Assembly: GCA_026023565.1 (NCBI GenBank)
Contig: JAPETS010000023.1
Location: forward strand, 434,001 to 498,000
From: Cirrosporium novae-zelandiae
Lineage: Eukaryota
DNA length: 64,000 nucleotides
Direction of reading: 5' to 3'
The stretch's first letter is position 1, and every line of letters starts with the position of its first letter. Of this stretch, positions 28,401 to 42,680 are shown piece by piece. Below the pieces are notes generated by a model. That model saw only the letters and a list, made by a program, of their open reading frames with translations, was not told where the DNA came from and searched no databases. Position numbers and translations under genes: made by a program.

Positions 28401-29449
28401 AAAATAAAATATTAAAAAATAAAAATAATATATAATTTAAATTAAAAACAGTTTTTATACAAAATATAAATAATATAGATATGAGTGAAAAGTTTTTTAT
28501 TTTAATGTTTCAGAATATATTGTTTCACGTGTTTGAATAACTCAATAAATATAGATTAAATCAGGTATTTTAATTATAAGATTTTAATAATTTTAATTAT
28601 TTTACAAATACTTTAAACAAATTAGCGTATAAATTATATAAAAAAATAATAAATAAATCAGAAAAAAATTTAGATTTATATAATAGTAATTTTTAATTTA
28701 TTTATTTAGATATAAGAATTTATATTATATATCTATATATAGTATTATATCTATATATCCGGAAAAAAAAATAGATAAATAGAATTAAATAATAATTTAG
28801 CTAATTTTTATATTTTTTCGTTCGATTATTATTTAGTTACCAGCCGGCGTTTCCTGAATTCGAGTTTTATTATATATTTTAATTTAATTGCGGTAGTTTG
28901 TAATTTAGCGGTAATTATACCGTTTATTAATTTTGAATTATCTATAAAAACTATTAATTATTTTCGGAAAATTTTTCAGATTAATTGGCTGAAATAATTA
29001 TTATTAATAAATAATATTTTGAATTTATTAAATATATTAATAACGGAATTGAAATTTACCAAACATACTAATAATTAGAATTAAAATTAAAACGTTTTGA
29101 AAATTTATTTTTATTATTAATTTATTTTGTTATTAAATATATAATAATATTTCAAATCTTTTAAATACTAATTTTTATTATCGATTTCTTTTATAATTAT
29201 CAGTTCTATAAAAATCAATAAATATTTATTTAGTGATTATTAATAAAATAATTAATATAAAACGTTTTAAATTGAAAATAAAAATTTTAAAGTTTATAAA
29301 TATTATATTTATTATATTACGCAGTAATAATATATAATAATAATAGATTTTTTATTATATTTTTATTATTTATATTTTTTTTATATTTTTTTAATTTTTA
29401 TATTAATAAATATTTTATCTAATCTAAATTTATAATTTTTTTTTTTTTT

Positions 29450-30850
29450 AATATTTTTTATTTTTATTATTATAATAAGATTTTTATTTTTTATAATATT
29501 TTTATTTAATTTAACCGAGAGCGAATATAGAGGCGGTAAAATTATTATAGTAAGTATTACGGTAATTATTATCCAGATTATAATAATTTTAGCACGATTT
29601 TATACCAGAAAATTTAAAAAAAAAATTTTTAGATTAAACGATTTTTTAATATTTATTATATTTATATATATCTATATTTTTTTTTAATATAAAAATAATA
29701 TAATTTAATATTTTTTAAATAATAAGTTTTGGGTAATCTGTTTTATATATTATTAGTACGTTAGTTTTATTTTTCGTTATTTATTATTATTTTATAATAA
29801 TTTGTTTTTCAGTAATTAAAACTGGAGGTATTAATTATTATTTAGCCGTTATCGAAAAATATCCTAAAAAATTAATTAATTTATAAAAAATACGTTAAAA
29901 ATTAAATTAAGTAATAATTACTGATTATTTAAATATTTATAATATTTATATATTAATAAAATAATAAATATACCGTTTATAATTACGCTAGCAAAATTTT
30001 CTATTTTATATTTTTATTTTCGAATTTCTTTTGAATAAAAATTTAAATTCTGGGTCTTTATAATAGAATTCATAATTTTCGATTACGGAATTAATATTTT
30101 ATTCGTTGTTATTTTCTAATATTTTTCTATCGTTTATATTTAGAATAAAATAATTATAGATAGAACCTATTTTAATTAATAAATTTTTTATCGATATATA
30201 TTTATTTTTATTATTATTATAGATATTATAATTATAATATTTTTTTTATTTTTTTTATAGAAATTAAAAATATTTATTAATTAAAAAATAATATTGATAA
30301 ACGTTTTTATTTTAAGGAATATATAAATATTATATTAATCACGCCGCAATATTAAATTGAATTTATTATTTTGTTAAAAGAATTATCGCCAGCTATTTAC
30401 GAATAAATATATTTTTTAATAATAGTGCCATAATTAACCCTATATATAGGTCCAAATCTTATAATCTCTTACGGAGATACTAATATTTCATAAGAGCATC
30501 GGTGGATCTAAATATTTAAATAATAATTAAAAACGTTTTATTTATAATTACTATTTATTTATTATCGTTATAATTTTTTTTCGTTCGTATAATATTTAAT
30601 TATAATATTTCTATAAAATTTAATCGATTAATATCGGTTTTAATATTAATTAAAAATAATAGAACGAATAATAATTATAATAATAAATATATAGGATTTA
30701 TTTATTTCGGCGTAGCTTCTATTCAGAACGGAAAAACGTTAACCGTCGTATTCCGATCGACGTAAAATAATTATTTTTTATTATAGATTGAAATAAAGAT
30801 TATTTCGATTAAAAATCAATTAATATAATTAATATTATAACGCTATAATA
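29450..30850 (+). pseudogene. PTH11-like membrane protein pseudogene A, copy 2
   Basis: ARFYTR at 29592, RL(D)DFLI at 29631, KTGGxxYH near 29820, and ITLAKFSILYFYFRI at ~29982-30026, followed by the FQCxP/WDK and LWxLxM motifs in RIPed form. Confidence 0.82.
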
Positions 30851-31449
30851 TAATCTAAAAATTGGTTTATATATAAAAAAAAAATAGAAAAAAAATAATT
30901 ACGAAAATATATTCTATAAAATAAATTATTTTTAGAGAATTCTTTTTAAAAAAAATATACGGATATATTATAAAAAAATTGCAATTCTTCTATTTAAAAT
31001 CTTTTATATTTTTTAAAATAATTTATATTTTATTTATTTCAAAATTTTTATTTTTAGTTAGTTTCTACCAGATAAATTATTAAATTTTTTTAATATAAAA
31101 AAATAATTCAATTATGAAATTCTATTACTTGAAATATAATTAATATTAAAATTATTTTTAAATCTAAATATATAAATTTTTAATTAATATATTTGTTTTT
31201 TATTATTTAATTCTTTTATAGTTTTTCTGAATATTAAAATCTGCAGACCAATATTATAAGATTTTAAATTTTATATCGATTTAGAATAATTAGAAAAAAC
31301 TGCTAGCTATTATTAAAAAAATTAAAAAAAAATTTTATTAATATTATTTTTCCGTTTTTATCTATTAATATTTATTTATTATTAATTAATAATTTTTAAT
31401 TCAATTTTTTTATTTTTATAATTTCGTGATTATTAATTCCGGAATTATT

Positions 31450-33670
31450 TCTCGGGATCTAAATAATAGATTTTTTCGTATTTATATAATCAGGCCGAAA
31501 ATTTTAATATCGTTTTAAATAGTTATCCGGTCGAATAATATTTTTAGATTTTTTTTCGATTTGGTTGATTTTTTCGACGCGTAATAATAAAAATTTAAAA
31601 AAAAATTTATATATTTTCTTTAATTTTATATAGAAAAATATAATTAAAAAAATAATAAATATTATTAATAATATTTGCCCGATATAAACGATATTATTAT
31701 CCGAATCACGTATAAAAAAAATAGGCTAATCAAATAAAAATTTATAATATAAATACTAATAAAAAATTATATTAACGCTTTTAAATAAAATAAATTATTC
31801 GTATTAGTTTGAAAAACGATTATACGTAATATATTATATTTATATACTGTTAAAAATATAATGAAAATCAAAATATCGAATATTAAAATAAAAAATATAA
31901 TAATAATATAAATAATATTTACGTAATTTATCAGTATTTATTAAGTTTTTTTAAAAATTTAATCTATTAATACAAGCTAAATTAATATAAATAAATAGAA
32001 ATTTTTTTTTTTGAATAATAAAAAAATATATTAATTTTATCGTTTTTTATAGTGCAGTTTTATTACAGAATAGGATTATTACGAATTATCGGAATATATT
32101 TTCTGTCTAAATAAATGCAGCCGTACCCATTAAAAATATATAAAATATTAGATACGAAAAAAAATAATTATTAATTTTAGAAAGATTCGTTATAAATATA
32201 TTGGGTACGGTATAAATATTTTATATAAAATCAGCTATCGTCGTAGCAATATCCGAAAATAAAAAAACCGTTAGAAAGATTTGAATAAACAAAAATATAA
32301 AATAATAGTTCTGAAACGAGAATTCGATAATTAATTAAATATAAAATCCTTATTAATTCGCGAGAAATCGTAATAATACCGGGATTAATAATATTACACC
32401 GGCTAGCAGAATTTATAGAAAATATTTTTGAATAAAATTAAATACTTCCGTAAATAGATAATTCAATTAATCAAATTATAATATTACTGTAGTTATATCG
32501 TTAATTTACGATATTAAATTAATTAAAATAATCGGTCCGGTTTATCCGATAATTAATATAATAATAATTAATATAATGAAAATTATTCGGATCTAATATT
32601 TAAATTAATCTATCGTTAAATTTTTCCAAATAATATTTTAAAATAAAATTTTAACGTATTCAATTAATATAATTTATAAACGGTAATTTATTATCGATCG
32701 ATACGTTATATATACGGTAAAATAATTATTAAATTAAACGAAAATAAAATTTATTAACGGTAATTATTCCGTTTTTTTTTATATTTTTTTAATTTTAATA
32801 TTAAATCGGTCTAATTTTTTACAGTAATTATTAATTTAATTAATTTTTTTTTTAAAATTGAAAAACTGAATTTTTTTTAATTATATTTTAAATAATTTTT
32901 TCGTTAATAATAATAATAATTATTATTATTAATTAAACGTTTTTCAAATAAAAAATTTAATAAAACGTTTTAAATAAATTTGGTTTCCGTTCGTTTTAAT
33001 TTATAAATAATTTTAGTTCGTTTATTAATTTTTTTTAATAAATTCCGGAGGTCGCGATTAATCCAGATATTACGAATTCTACCCGGAAATTTATTATATA
33101 GATTACTCAAAATTTTTATTATAAATAATTTTTTTGGTATTTTAGTTATTAATATAATAGCTGCAAAAATTTAATAACGTTGAACGGATAAAATAAAATA
33201 TATTTATCGGATATAAATATAGATACGTAATTCATTATATATTGTATAATATATATAGACTATTATAATTAAAACTGATATAAAATAATTCTAATAACGG
33301 ATTAAATATTTATAATTTATATTTATTTAATTTAATTAATTTAAATTATAAATACCGTCAGTAGTATTTTTTCCGCCAATATAATTTAGAAATATAAACG
33401 TTAGAATAATTACTAAAACTATAAATATAAATATTTTAAATATTATACGTAAATAACGGAAAAATAAATATACGTCTAAATTTAATTATAATAACAAAAT
33501 ATTATCCTAAAATCCTAGAATAAATACGATCCAAAATTGAAACTATATTAAAACCGATTTTCTAATTTTTTTATATTCGAAAATTAGAAATATTTCTAAT
33601 TAATTAAATAATTCAGTATCGTTTATTTTTATTTTATGATTCAGGGATTTATTATATTCTAAAATAATAT
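31450..33670 (-). pseudogene. CSC1/OSCA channel pseudogene, copy 2
   Basis: Minus strand retains FPGRIRNIWINRDLR (~33045-33090) and IEFSFQNYYFxFLFIQIFLTV (~32268-32330). These two stretches are partly deleted from copy 1. Confidence 0.85.
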
Positions 33671-33674
33671 ATTT

Positions 33675-36362
33675 AAACGTTAATTTTTTTATTTAAATTA
33701 AATAAAAACGTAATTTAAATTAATTTTTAATTTATTATTTATATTATCGATTATTATATTTGTTAATTATTTTTAAAACGATTTTATAATAGAATTAATT
33801 ATTATTAAATTAATTATTAAATAATAAATTTTTTTTTTTTAAATTAAATATTTTAAATAATATTATTTTATATAATTAAATTTTATTTTTTTATAAATAT
33901 TATTAAAAACGTATTATTTATATAAATAATTCGTTCGGATTTTTATATTAAATTATAAATATTAAAATTTTTTATTAATATTATTTTATTTTTATTAAAA
34001 ATAAACTTTTATTTTATATTTTATAAAATTTTTTTAAATTTTTATTATCGATTTTATTTTTAAAAATATATATTTTTTAATTTTTAATCGTAAATATTGA
34101 TTATTTTAATTAAATTTTTTATTTTTTTTTTTATATTTATTTTATTAATATTTAATATTCCGAAATAAAAATAATTAATTAAATCGGTTTTTACGATTAT
34201 TTTAAATACGATATTTTTTCGATTTTTATATATAATAATAATCGTTTTTATAATTTTATTTTTTATTTAAATTTTTAATTCGGATTAATAAAAATTTTAT
34301 ATTAAATATAATATTTTTTTTTTTTAATTTTTAATTAAATTTTTATAATAATATTATATTCGTTTTAATTTATATAATTAATTTTAAAATTATAATTATT
34401 ATATCGTATTTTTTATAATAATTATATTATAATATTTTTATTTATATTTTAAATATATTATTATTTATTTATAATACGAATATTACCGATATTTTCGGTA
34501 TTAATAATATTTTGGATATTATATATATATATTTTTTTTTATTTTTTTTTAAATTTTTAATACGGGGTTTTTAGTTTTTAATTAAAATTTTATAGATTTA
34601 TTTTTTTTTTAAAAAAAGAAATACGTAAAATAATTATACAACGTTTTTTCGGCGTTTTTTTATATATTTTATTTTTATTTTTCGGGTAATTAAATATTTT
34701 TTATTTGTAATTATATAAAAATCTAAATAATTTATATATTTTAATAAAATATATATATAAATTTTTATATACGCGGGTTTATATTTTAATTAAATATATT
34801 TTAGATACGTTTTATTTATTTTTAATATAAATTATCAGATATATCGAAATCTATATTTTATTAAATAATAATTTTCGATTTTTTATTTTTTATATATTAC
34901 GAACGGGAATTTTATTTTAATTAAAATAATATATTTTTTTAATACGAATCCGGTTCGTACCCGTTTTTAATAATATTTTTCCGGCGTTATTTATACGATC
35001 ACCGTATTTCAGAATAATAAATAAATATTTTTTAAATTATTTTTTATTAAATTTAATTTTTTTAAATTTTTAAATATTTTTAAAAATATTTTTTATATTT
35101 TTATTTAATATAAAATTTTTAATAAATATATATTTATTATTATATTATTTATTTTTATTATAATTTTTAAAATTTTTTATTTATATTTAAATATTAATAT
35201 ACCCGTATTAGTTTTTTTATTGAATACAATTTTTAAATTATTTTTTTTATTAATATAGGTATCCCATATCCGTAATTTAATATTAATCGCCGTTATTATT
35301 AATATTATAAAATCTAAATATTCGGTTTTTTTTTCATTAAAAATTAATATTTTCTGATTTTTAAATCCCTATTTACGGAATTAATACGTTTTTTTTTATA
35401 GGATTTAATTATTTATTATTTTTTATTAGATTTATTTATTATTTTATTAATTATTTTAATATAAATAAATCCTGTAAATTCCGGTATTATTTTTATAAAA
35501 ATCTATTTCGGGGTTTTCGATATTAATAATAAAATTATTTATTTAATTATTTTTATTATTTATTAAAAAAATTTTTAGATTTTTTTATTCGTTTATATTC
35601 TTATTCGTCTATTAAATATTTATAATCCGGTTATTATATTTATTCGGGATATTATTAAAAAAAATATTATTTTTTTTTTTTTATTATTTATTCGGGTTTA
35701 ATTATTAAAATTATATAATTTTTATTTATAAAATTTTTTATTCCGTTATATATAATTTTTATAATTTTTATTTAAATTTATAATATTTAAATTATTATTA
35801 TAATTATTTTTTTAATTATTAAAAATTTTTATTTAATTATATATAATTTTTTTTAATTTTTTTTTTAAATTTTTATAATTTTATTATTTCGTTTTTTCAA
35901 AACGATTATTTAAATTTTTAAACCGAAAAATATTTTCCGTAATTATATTATAAAATTATCGATTTTTAATATTTAATATATTTTTTTTTCGATTACGAAA
36001 AATATATATATTATTATATATTTAATTATTTATTCAATTAAAATATTTTGATTATTAATTTATTTTTTTATAAAATTTTTCGACGATATTTTTTTATTTA
36101 ATCGTTTTTTTTTAAAATAAAAATTATAATATTAAATTATTAAATTTTATTATAAAATTTTATTTTAATTCGTTCGATTCGTTTTTTAAATATTATTATT
36201 TTTTCGTATCCGTTTAATTTTCGTTAACGGTACGTATTTTTTTAATTTCTGATATTTCTCCGCTGTTACTAAATTCTATAAATCTTAAATAAATATTAAA
36301 TATTTCGTATAACGATCGTCACAATAGTGAATTGATTTGGTGGCGCGGGGTCACCAAAAACT
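33675..36362 (-). mobile_element. LINE copy 4, 5' portion only (5' UTR, ORF1, endonuclease)
   Basis: Direct match to 7789-10560. Intact 5' end TTTGGTGGCGCGGGGTCACCAAA at 36336-36358. Confidence 0.88.
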
Positions 36363-36380
36363 TTTTTTTTTTTTTTTTCC

Positions 36381-36717
36381 AGATATTAGATAAAAACTGG
36401 GCCCGTAATAGAAAAACGGGGTAAATATATATATAAAATACAAAAATTAAAAATCGAAAAATAAATATAAATAAATTTATTTATAAAATTCGGATATTAA
36501 AATAACGCTAAAAACTATCCGATTAAATAAATCAAATAATTCTAAAAAATTAAAAAAAAAAAAAATTATATAATCGAATTAAAAAAACTAACCTTTATTA
36601 TTTTAATTAAAAATAAATCCGAAAAAAAATATAAAAAATTTTTAAAACCCTTAAATAGAGTCCGTTATAGTTTCTAAGCGATATATAGATATAAAACAAT
36701 GAATAATCATTATCATT
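36381..36717 (+). mobile_element. LINE copy 5, short 3' fragment
   Basis: Matches ~24945-25284 and ends AATGAATAATCATTATCAT. Confidence 0.85.
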
Positions 36718-36778
36718 CCCCGACTGTTAGAAATATACGTATTACCGTATATCTAATTATTTACTCGATTAGGGTATC

Positions 36779-37107
36779 TGTCAAGGTTAGGGCTCTCATA
36801 GTGTAAATAGCGATGCGGATAATTAATATATCTATATCGTAATAATATTAAAATAATAATACTTTTATATAATATAAAACTAAAAACTAGTTTTTCTTAA
36901 TTTTTTTTTTATTTTTTTATATAAATTTTTTTATTTGATATTTTTTCGGTAATTTATTAATATTATATAACGTTATTTTTTTATTTTTATTCCGTTTTTA
37001 ATTTTTAAATGTAGCGATTTTTTTTATTTTTTTTTTTTTTTTTATAATAGAATTTTTTTTTATAATAGAATTTTTTTTTAATATTTTTTTTTTTTTTTTT
37101 TATAATA
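36779..37107 (-). repeat. 3' LTR of Gypsy D
   Basis: Starts TGTCAAGGTTAGG and ends TTTATAATA (RIPed TTTATGACA). Aligns with 43622-43959. Confidence 0.88.
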
Positions 37108-37474
37108 TAATTTTTTTTTATACGATTATTTTTAACCGTTATTTTTAATTTTTTAACGTTAATTTTCCGTTCCGTTAAATATAATTTTTTTTTTTAAATT
37201 TAATAATATTATAATATATATAAATTCCGTTTTTTATCTATTATCGTTTTTTATTCAGCGAAATTATTATTTTTTTTATTTTTTTTTTTTTTAATAAAAA
37301 TTTTTTTTATTATCGTTTTATTTCGTTTTTTTATTATTTTTATTATTTATTTATTATATTAATATTACTATTTTCATTTTTATTAATTATTCCGTTTTTT
37401 CGGGATTATTATTTTTATTTTTTATTCGGATTAGCGTTTTTTTTTCTGAATATAAATAATCGTTATTTTTTTTT

Positions 37475-37514
<40 letters not shown>

Positions 37515-40500
37515 CCCCGTTTTTTTTTATTTTTTCCGTTTTTGTTTTTTCGACGTTCCTATTAATTATATTTTAGATTTATTTTTTTTTTATTTATTTT
37601 TTTATTTACTATTATTACTATTATTATTATTATTATTATTATTATATTTTTCTCGCGCCCCTTTTTTTCCGTCCCTAATCCTATTGCTGCTGTTCGTGGC
37701 GTTCTTTTTTTTAGATTTATATATCTGAAATATTTCTAGCGTTTTGCGGCAAATCCTTTTTTCGTATATTCCTAAATATCTGGCCGTTTCTATAACGTCT
37801 ATTATAAGTAGTATAAAAAATATCTCGAAATATTATTTTTTTTTTTTTTTTTTTTTATTTATTATTTTTTCAGATTTTTTTTATTCTGGTGTTTCGTTTG
37901 AACCGCCTGTTTGCGTAGATTGATATTATCGTTTCCGCCCGTCCTAATAATATTAATACCGTTTTTCGTAAAAAACTTTTGGTCTCGGTCTATCGTTTCT
38001 ATCGTCGGATTATAATTATTTATCGGTTAAAACATATTATATTATTTAATTTCTACGTCCATATTAATCAGTTATTATCTGAAATTAATTAATTTATTCG
38101 GTAATTAAATTAGATATTTACGGCTATTATACGTATTTTTTTTATTTTCGTACGTTTTTTTTTTAATTAATTTTAAATATTATAATGTAAATATCGATAA
38201 TAAAAAAAAAATAATAACGATAATATAAATTATTTTTTTTATAATTTTTTTTTTAATAATATTTTTACGGGTATTAATATTAATATTAATACGGTTTTTA
38301 AAAATAATAAAAATTTTAACGTTATTAAAAATACGGTCGATATCTAAATTTTTATATAATTATTAATATTCGAGCGTTTTTTATTATAGATTATATACGT
38401 TTAAAACGCGTTTTTTTTTCGATAAATATTCCGTGATTTTTAAAATTATTAATAAAATTCTTTTTTTTTTTTTTTATTTTTATTATTTTTTTGGTTTTTT
38501 TTTATTTCGTTTTATTTTTTTTCCGGCGATATTCCTATTTCTATTTTTTTTTTTTTATTTTTTATTATTTTTTTTTATTTTTTTTTATTTTTTTTTTTAA
38601 AATATTTTTATATTTTTTTAATAATTCGCTAGATTTTCGATATTTTTTTATTAATTTTCCGTATATAACCAGTTTTTTTATTTTATTAAATATTCGTTTT
38701 TTCTTTTTTTTTTTTTATATTCCAATATTTTTTTTATTATATATTCCGGTATTCTTATTAATAATATTGATTCCGGGAATTTATAATCCGGATTTATTTA
38801 TAAAATTTTAATAGTAATACGTGGAATATCGGATATAATTTTTGGTATTATTAAAATAACTATAATCGATACGTATTTTATTCGTATATAATTTTTATAA
38901 TAAACGGTTTTAAATATTTTATATTTAATTTTTTATTTATTTATTTCGTTTTTATATTTTTTCTTATTAATAATATTTAATTTTTTATTTTATATTATTT
39001 CGATATATAATAACGATCGTAATAAATTTTTTATTTTAAAACCGATTTTTTTTATATTTTTTATATTTTTTTCTATATTTTTTTTTATTTTTTCTGTATA
39101 TATTTTTTTAATAGGATTTTTATTTTTTTTTATTTTTTCTATATTTATTTTTAATTCTGGTTTAAATATATATATTATTTCGAATAACGTTTTTTTCGTT
39201 TTTTAATATTTCGTATTATTATATATATATTTTGTATTCGTTAATAATATTATTTAATCGTTTTAATTATAATTATAATATATTTTTAAATATTTTTTTA
39301 ATATTTAATTTTATTTTTCGGTTTAATTATTCGTTTATAAATAATAAACGATATTTAATTTTTTTTATATTATTAAATAATAATAAAATAATTTTTAATA
39401 AATATTAATAAATAATAATTTTTTATCCGATATTATATTTTTAAATATTTTAAATTTTATTCCAACCGTTTTTTATATTAATTCTATTAAATTTTTTATT
39501 TTTATTTTTTTTATATATAATATATATATAATTAATTTAGAATATTTATTTATTATTATTAAAATTATATTATATATATTATTATCCTGTTTATTTAATA
39601 ATAAATTAATAATAAAATCTATTATTATTATTTTTATTACATTTTAAAAATATTATAATAATATTAAAATTTTATAAAATCGATAATAACCCGTTTTCGA
39701 TCGTTAATATATATCGTATTATTTTATATATTTTTTAATATTTTCGTTTATTTTTATTTATTAATATTTTTTATTTATTATTTCTCTCGTTTTTTCGTTC
39801 CTAAAATATTTTTTAGATTACGGAAAATTATAATTTATTTTTATTATTTTTTTTTTAGCGCGGTATTATTTAATATATATACCGTTTTATTTCTCCGTAA
39901 TAGACCTGTATCGTTTTCGTCCTATTTTTTTTTTATCTCTTTTTTTTTTTTATTTTTTTTTTTATTTTTCTCTTGTTTTTCTTTTTCTATATATATCCTG
40001 TATCAGGGGTTTAATTTTTGTATTTTCCGTAATAAATTTATTAATATTTCTAATATTTTTTTTTTGATTTATTTTTTATTATTATTATTTTATATATTTT
40101 TCGTAATAATAAATAATTATATATATATTATACGTTTTTCATAATATATTCTAAAAAATTATTTATTTTATTATTTTTTTTTATCGTTTTTAAAAATTTT
40201 TTTGATATTGAAAAGATTTTTCTGGTAAATAATCCGTATTTTATACGATTTAACGCCGTTATCGTAATTATTAATTAATCGAATATTTTAATTTTTTTTT
40301 TTTATATTATTTAAATTTATTTTATAACGTAAATAATAATTTATTTTTCGTTTTTTTATTTCCGTTTTTTTTATATAATCTAATTTTTTTAATATATCTG
40401 TTAGATTAGTTTTCCCCGTTCTATATATTATTTCGAAATCGTATTCCGCCAGTTTTTCTGTTTAGCGTATTTGCCGTTTATTTAGCGCCGTTATTTTTAT

Positions 40501-42606
40501 AAATAATTATAAATTCCCGTAATCTATTAATATTTATATTATATATTTATTTTTTTATAAATAATAATTCCATTTTTTGAATTTTTTTATAATTATAAAT
40601 AATTTAAAATTATATATTATATATTTTTATTTTAATTTTATTAGTTTTTTTAATTAGAACGTAATTAAATATTATATTCTGTTTTATAATTATTTTATAC
40701 GTTTATTATTTAATTACGATAGAATTCCCGTAATTCTTTTTTATAATATATCCGTTTCTATTTTTATTATTTTCGTTAGATTAAAATAATATAATATAAA
40801 TATTATTATAAATATTTTTTTAAATATTTTAAATATTATTTGCGCGATTTCGGATTATATAAATTTTTTTATTTTTTTATCGTTTTTTATTTTTTTTAAT
40901 AAATTTATAATAAAATTTATTATTTTTAAATAATTTTTTATAAAATTTATTATTTTTAAATAATTTTTTATAAACTTTTTATAAAAACTAATAAATTTAA
41001 TAAAAATTTAAATATTATAATAATTTTTTGGTTTCGGTTATTTTAGAATTGTTTTTATTTTTTATTTTTTTATACGGATTTTTTACGTTCCGATTACGAA
41101 ATTTAAAAACGTTATTTCCGGTTTATTAAATATATATTTTAATAATTTTATATATAATTTATATTTACGTAATTATTTTAATATTTATACGTATACTATA
41201 TATTCCGCGATATTAAATAAATAAATTAAAATATCGTTAAAATATATTATATAAATTATATTTAAAAAATCGAATAATATTTCGTTAATATATATTTAGA
41301 ACGTAATTAAAATATTTATTAATCCGAATAATATTATTATACATTTAAAATATCCGTATTAAATATAAAAAATAATTTTTTATTTATTTTTTTTTATTCG
41401 GATTCGGTAATAAATATTTTTTAAATTAAATTTTATAAAAATTTTTATTTATTTTAATTTATTTAATATTTTTTTAATTAATAATAACGAATATTTATTT
41501 TTAATTATAATCCGATTAAATTTTTATAATTTATATATAAATATAATATTCCGTCCGATTTTAATATAAATAAAATAAATTTTTTATATAAATTTTTTAA
41601 ATATTCGATCCGTTTTTTTTTTAAATTTTTATTTAAATATTTTTTTAATATTCGTAATTATTTTTCGTTTAATAAATAAATTAATAAATATAATAATATT
41701 TAATCAGACTTTAAATCGATAATATATATTATTTTAATTATATTCGATAATTATATAATTTCTTTTTTTAAAAATATATTTTTATAATTTTAATATTTTT
41801 TTAATATTATTATTTTATTTTTTATTCCGTTTTTATTATAATATTAATATAATATTATTATTTTTATTTTATTATTTTTTTTACGAATTTTTTAAACGAT
41901 ATAATTTTGATTTTTATATATTTTTCGTTAATATTCTAATATATTTATTTATTTATTTTTTAATTTATTTTTAAATTTATTTTTTTTAATTAATTTATTT
42001 TTAATATTATTAATTTATTTTTATTTTTTATATTTATATTAATTATTTTCTGGATATATTATCGGATTATACGTATTAAATTTATTATATATAATCGTAA
42101 TATATATTTTTTATAAATAATTTTTTTTTTTATTTATTTTTATTAATTCTATTAATAATTTTTCGTTTTTTTTTATTTTTTATTATTTAACGAATCGTTA
42201 TAATATATAATTTTTTTCCGTTTTTAAATTAATTAATACTTTCGTTTTTTTTTTTTAATAATATTTATATTTTTATTTTAATTATTATTTTTTTATTTAT
42301 AAATATTTCGGCGATTATAAAAATTTTATTTTCCGAAATTATTTAATAAATCCGTAAAATTTTTTTAAATTATTTATTTTTTTTCCCGTATTTTTTTTTA
42401 GTATCTAATATTATTTTAATAAATATCCCAGTTTTTTATAATTCTAATAAATAGACGTATTTTTTCCGATTTTCGGTTTTATAAAAATTTTTTTTATAAT
42501 TATTACTGTCGTTATTTATTTTTTTTATTATTTTTCGTTATTTTATTTCGTTATTATTTCGTTATTTTTTTTTTATTCTAACGATTATTCGTATTTTTTT
42601 TTTATT

Positions 42607-42680
<74 letters not shown>

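Larger units (their letters stand above)
27381..33674 (-). repeat. Inverted second copy of the gene-bearing segment (matches 1393-5728 + 10566-11317 + 14806-16084, without the LINE insertions)
   Basis: Continuous reverse-complement similarity checked at many points, e.g. 3645-3720 vs 31237-31312, 4185-4250 vs 30700-30770, and 16020-16084 vs 27381-27445. Confidence 0.93.

Noticed and set aside
33675..36717. LINE 4 (minus) abutting LINE 5 (plus) as a twin-priming 5' inversion
   Set aside because: No shared TSD and a 3.2-kb gap between the parts. The flanks of copy 5 match LINE copy 6, so nested independent insertions are simpler.
36725..36778. TGTTAG as the start of the Gypsy D LTR
   Set aside because: This sequence aligns with LINE 5' sequence (~10165-10225). 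The LTR alignment and the GTATC TSD place the boundary at 36779.
37440..37650. Poly-T and (TAT)n tracts as a repeat array or CRISPR-like locus
   Set aside because: Simple low-complexity sequence inside Gypsy D, with no repeat-spacer structure.
38491..38811. 106-aa Phe-rich ORF resembling a membrane protein
   Set aside because: Antisense to the Gypsy D chromodomain region; the Phe richness comes from poly-T produced by RIP.
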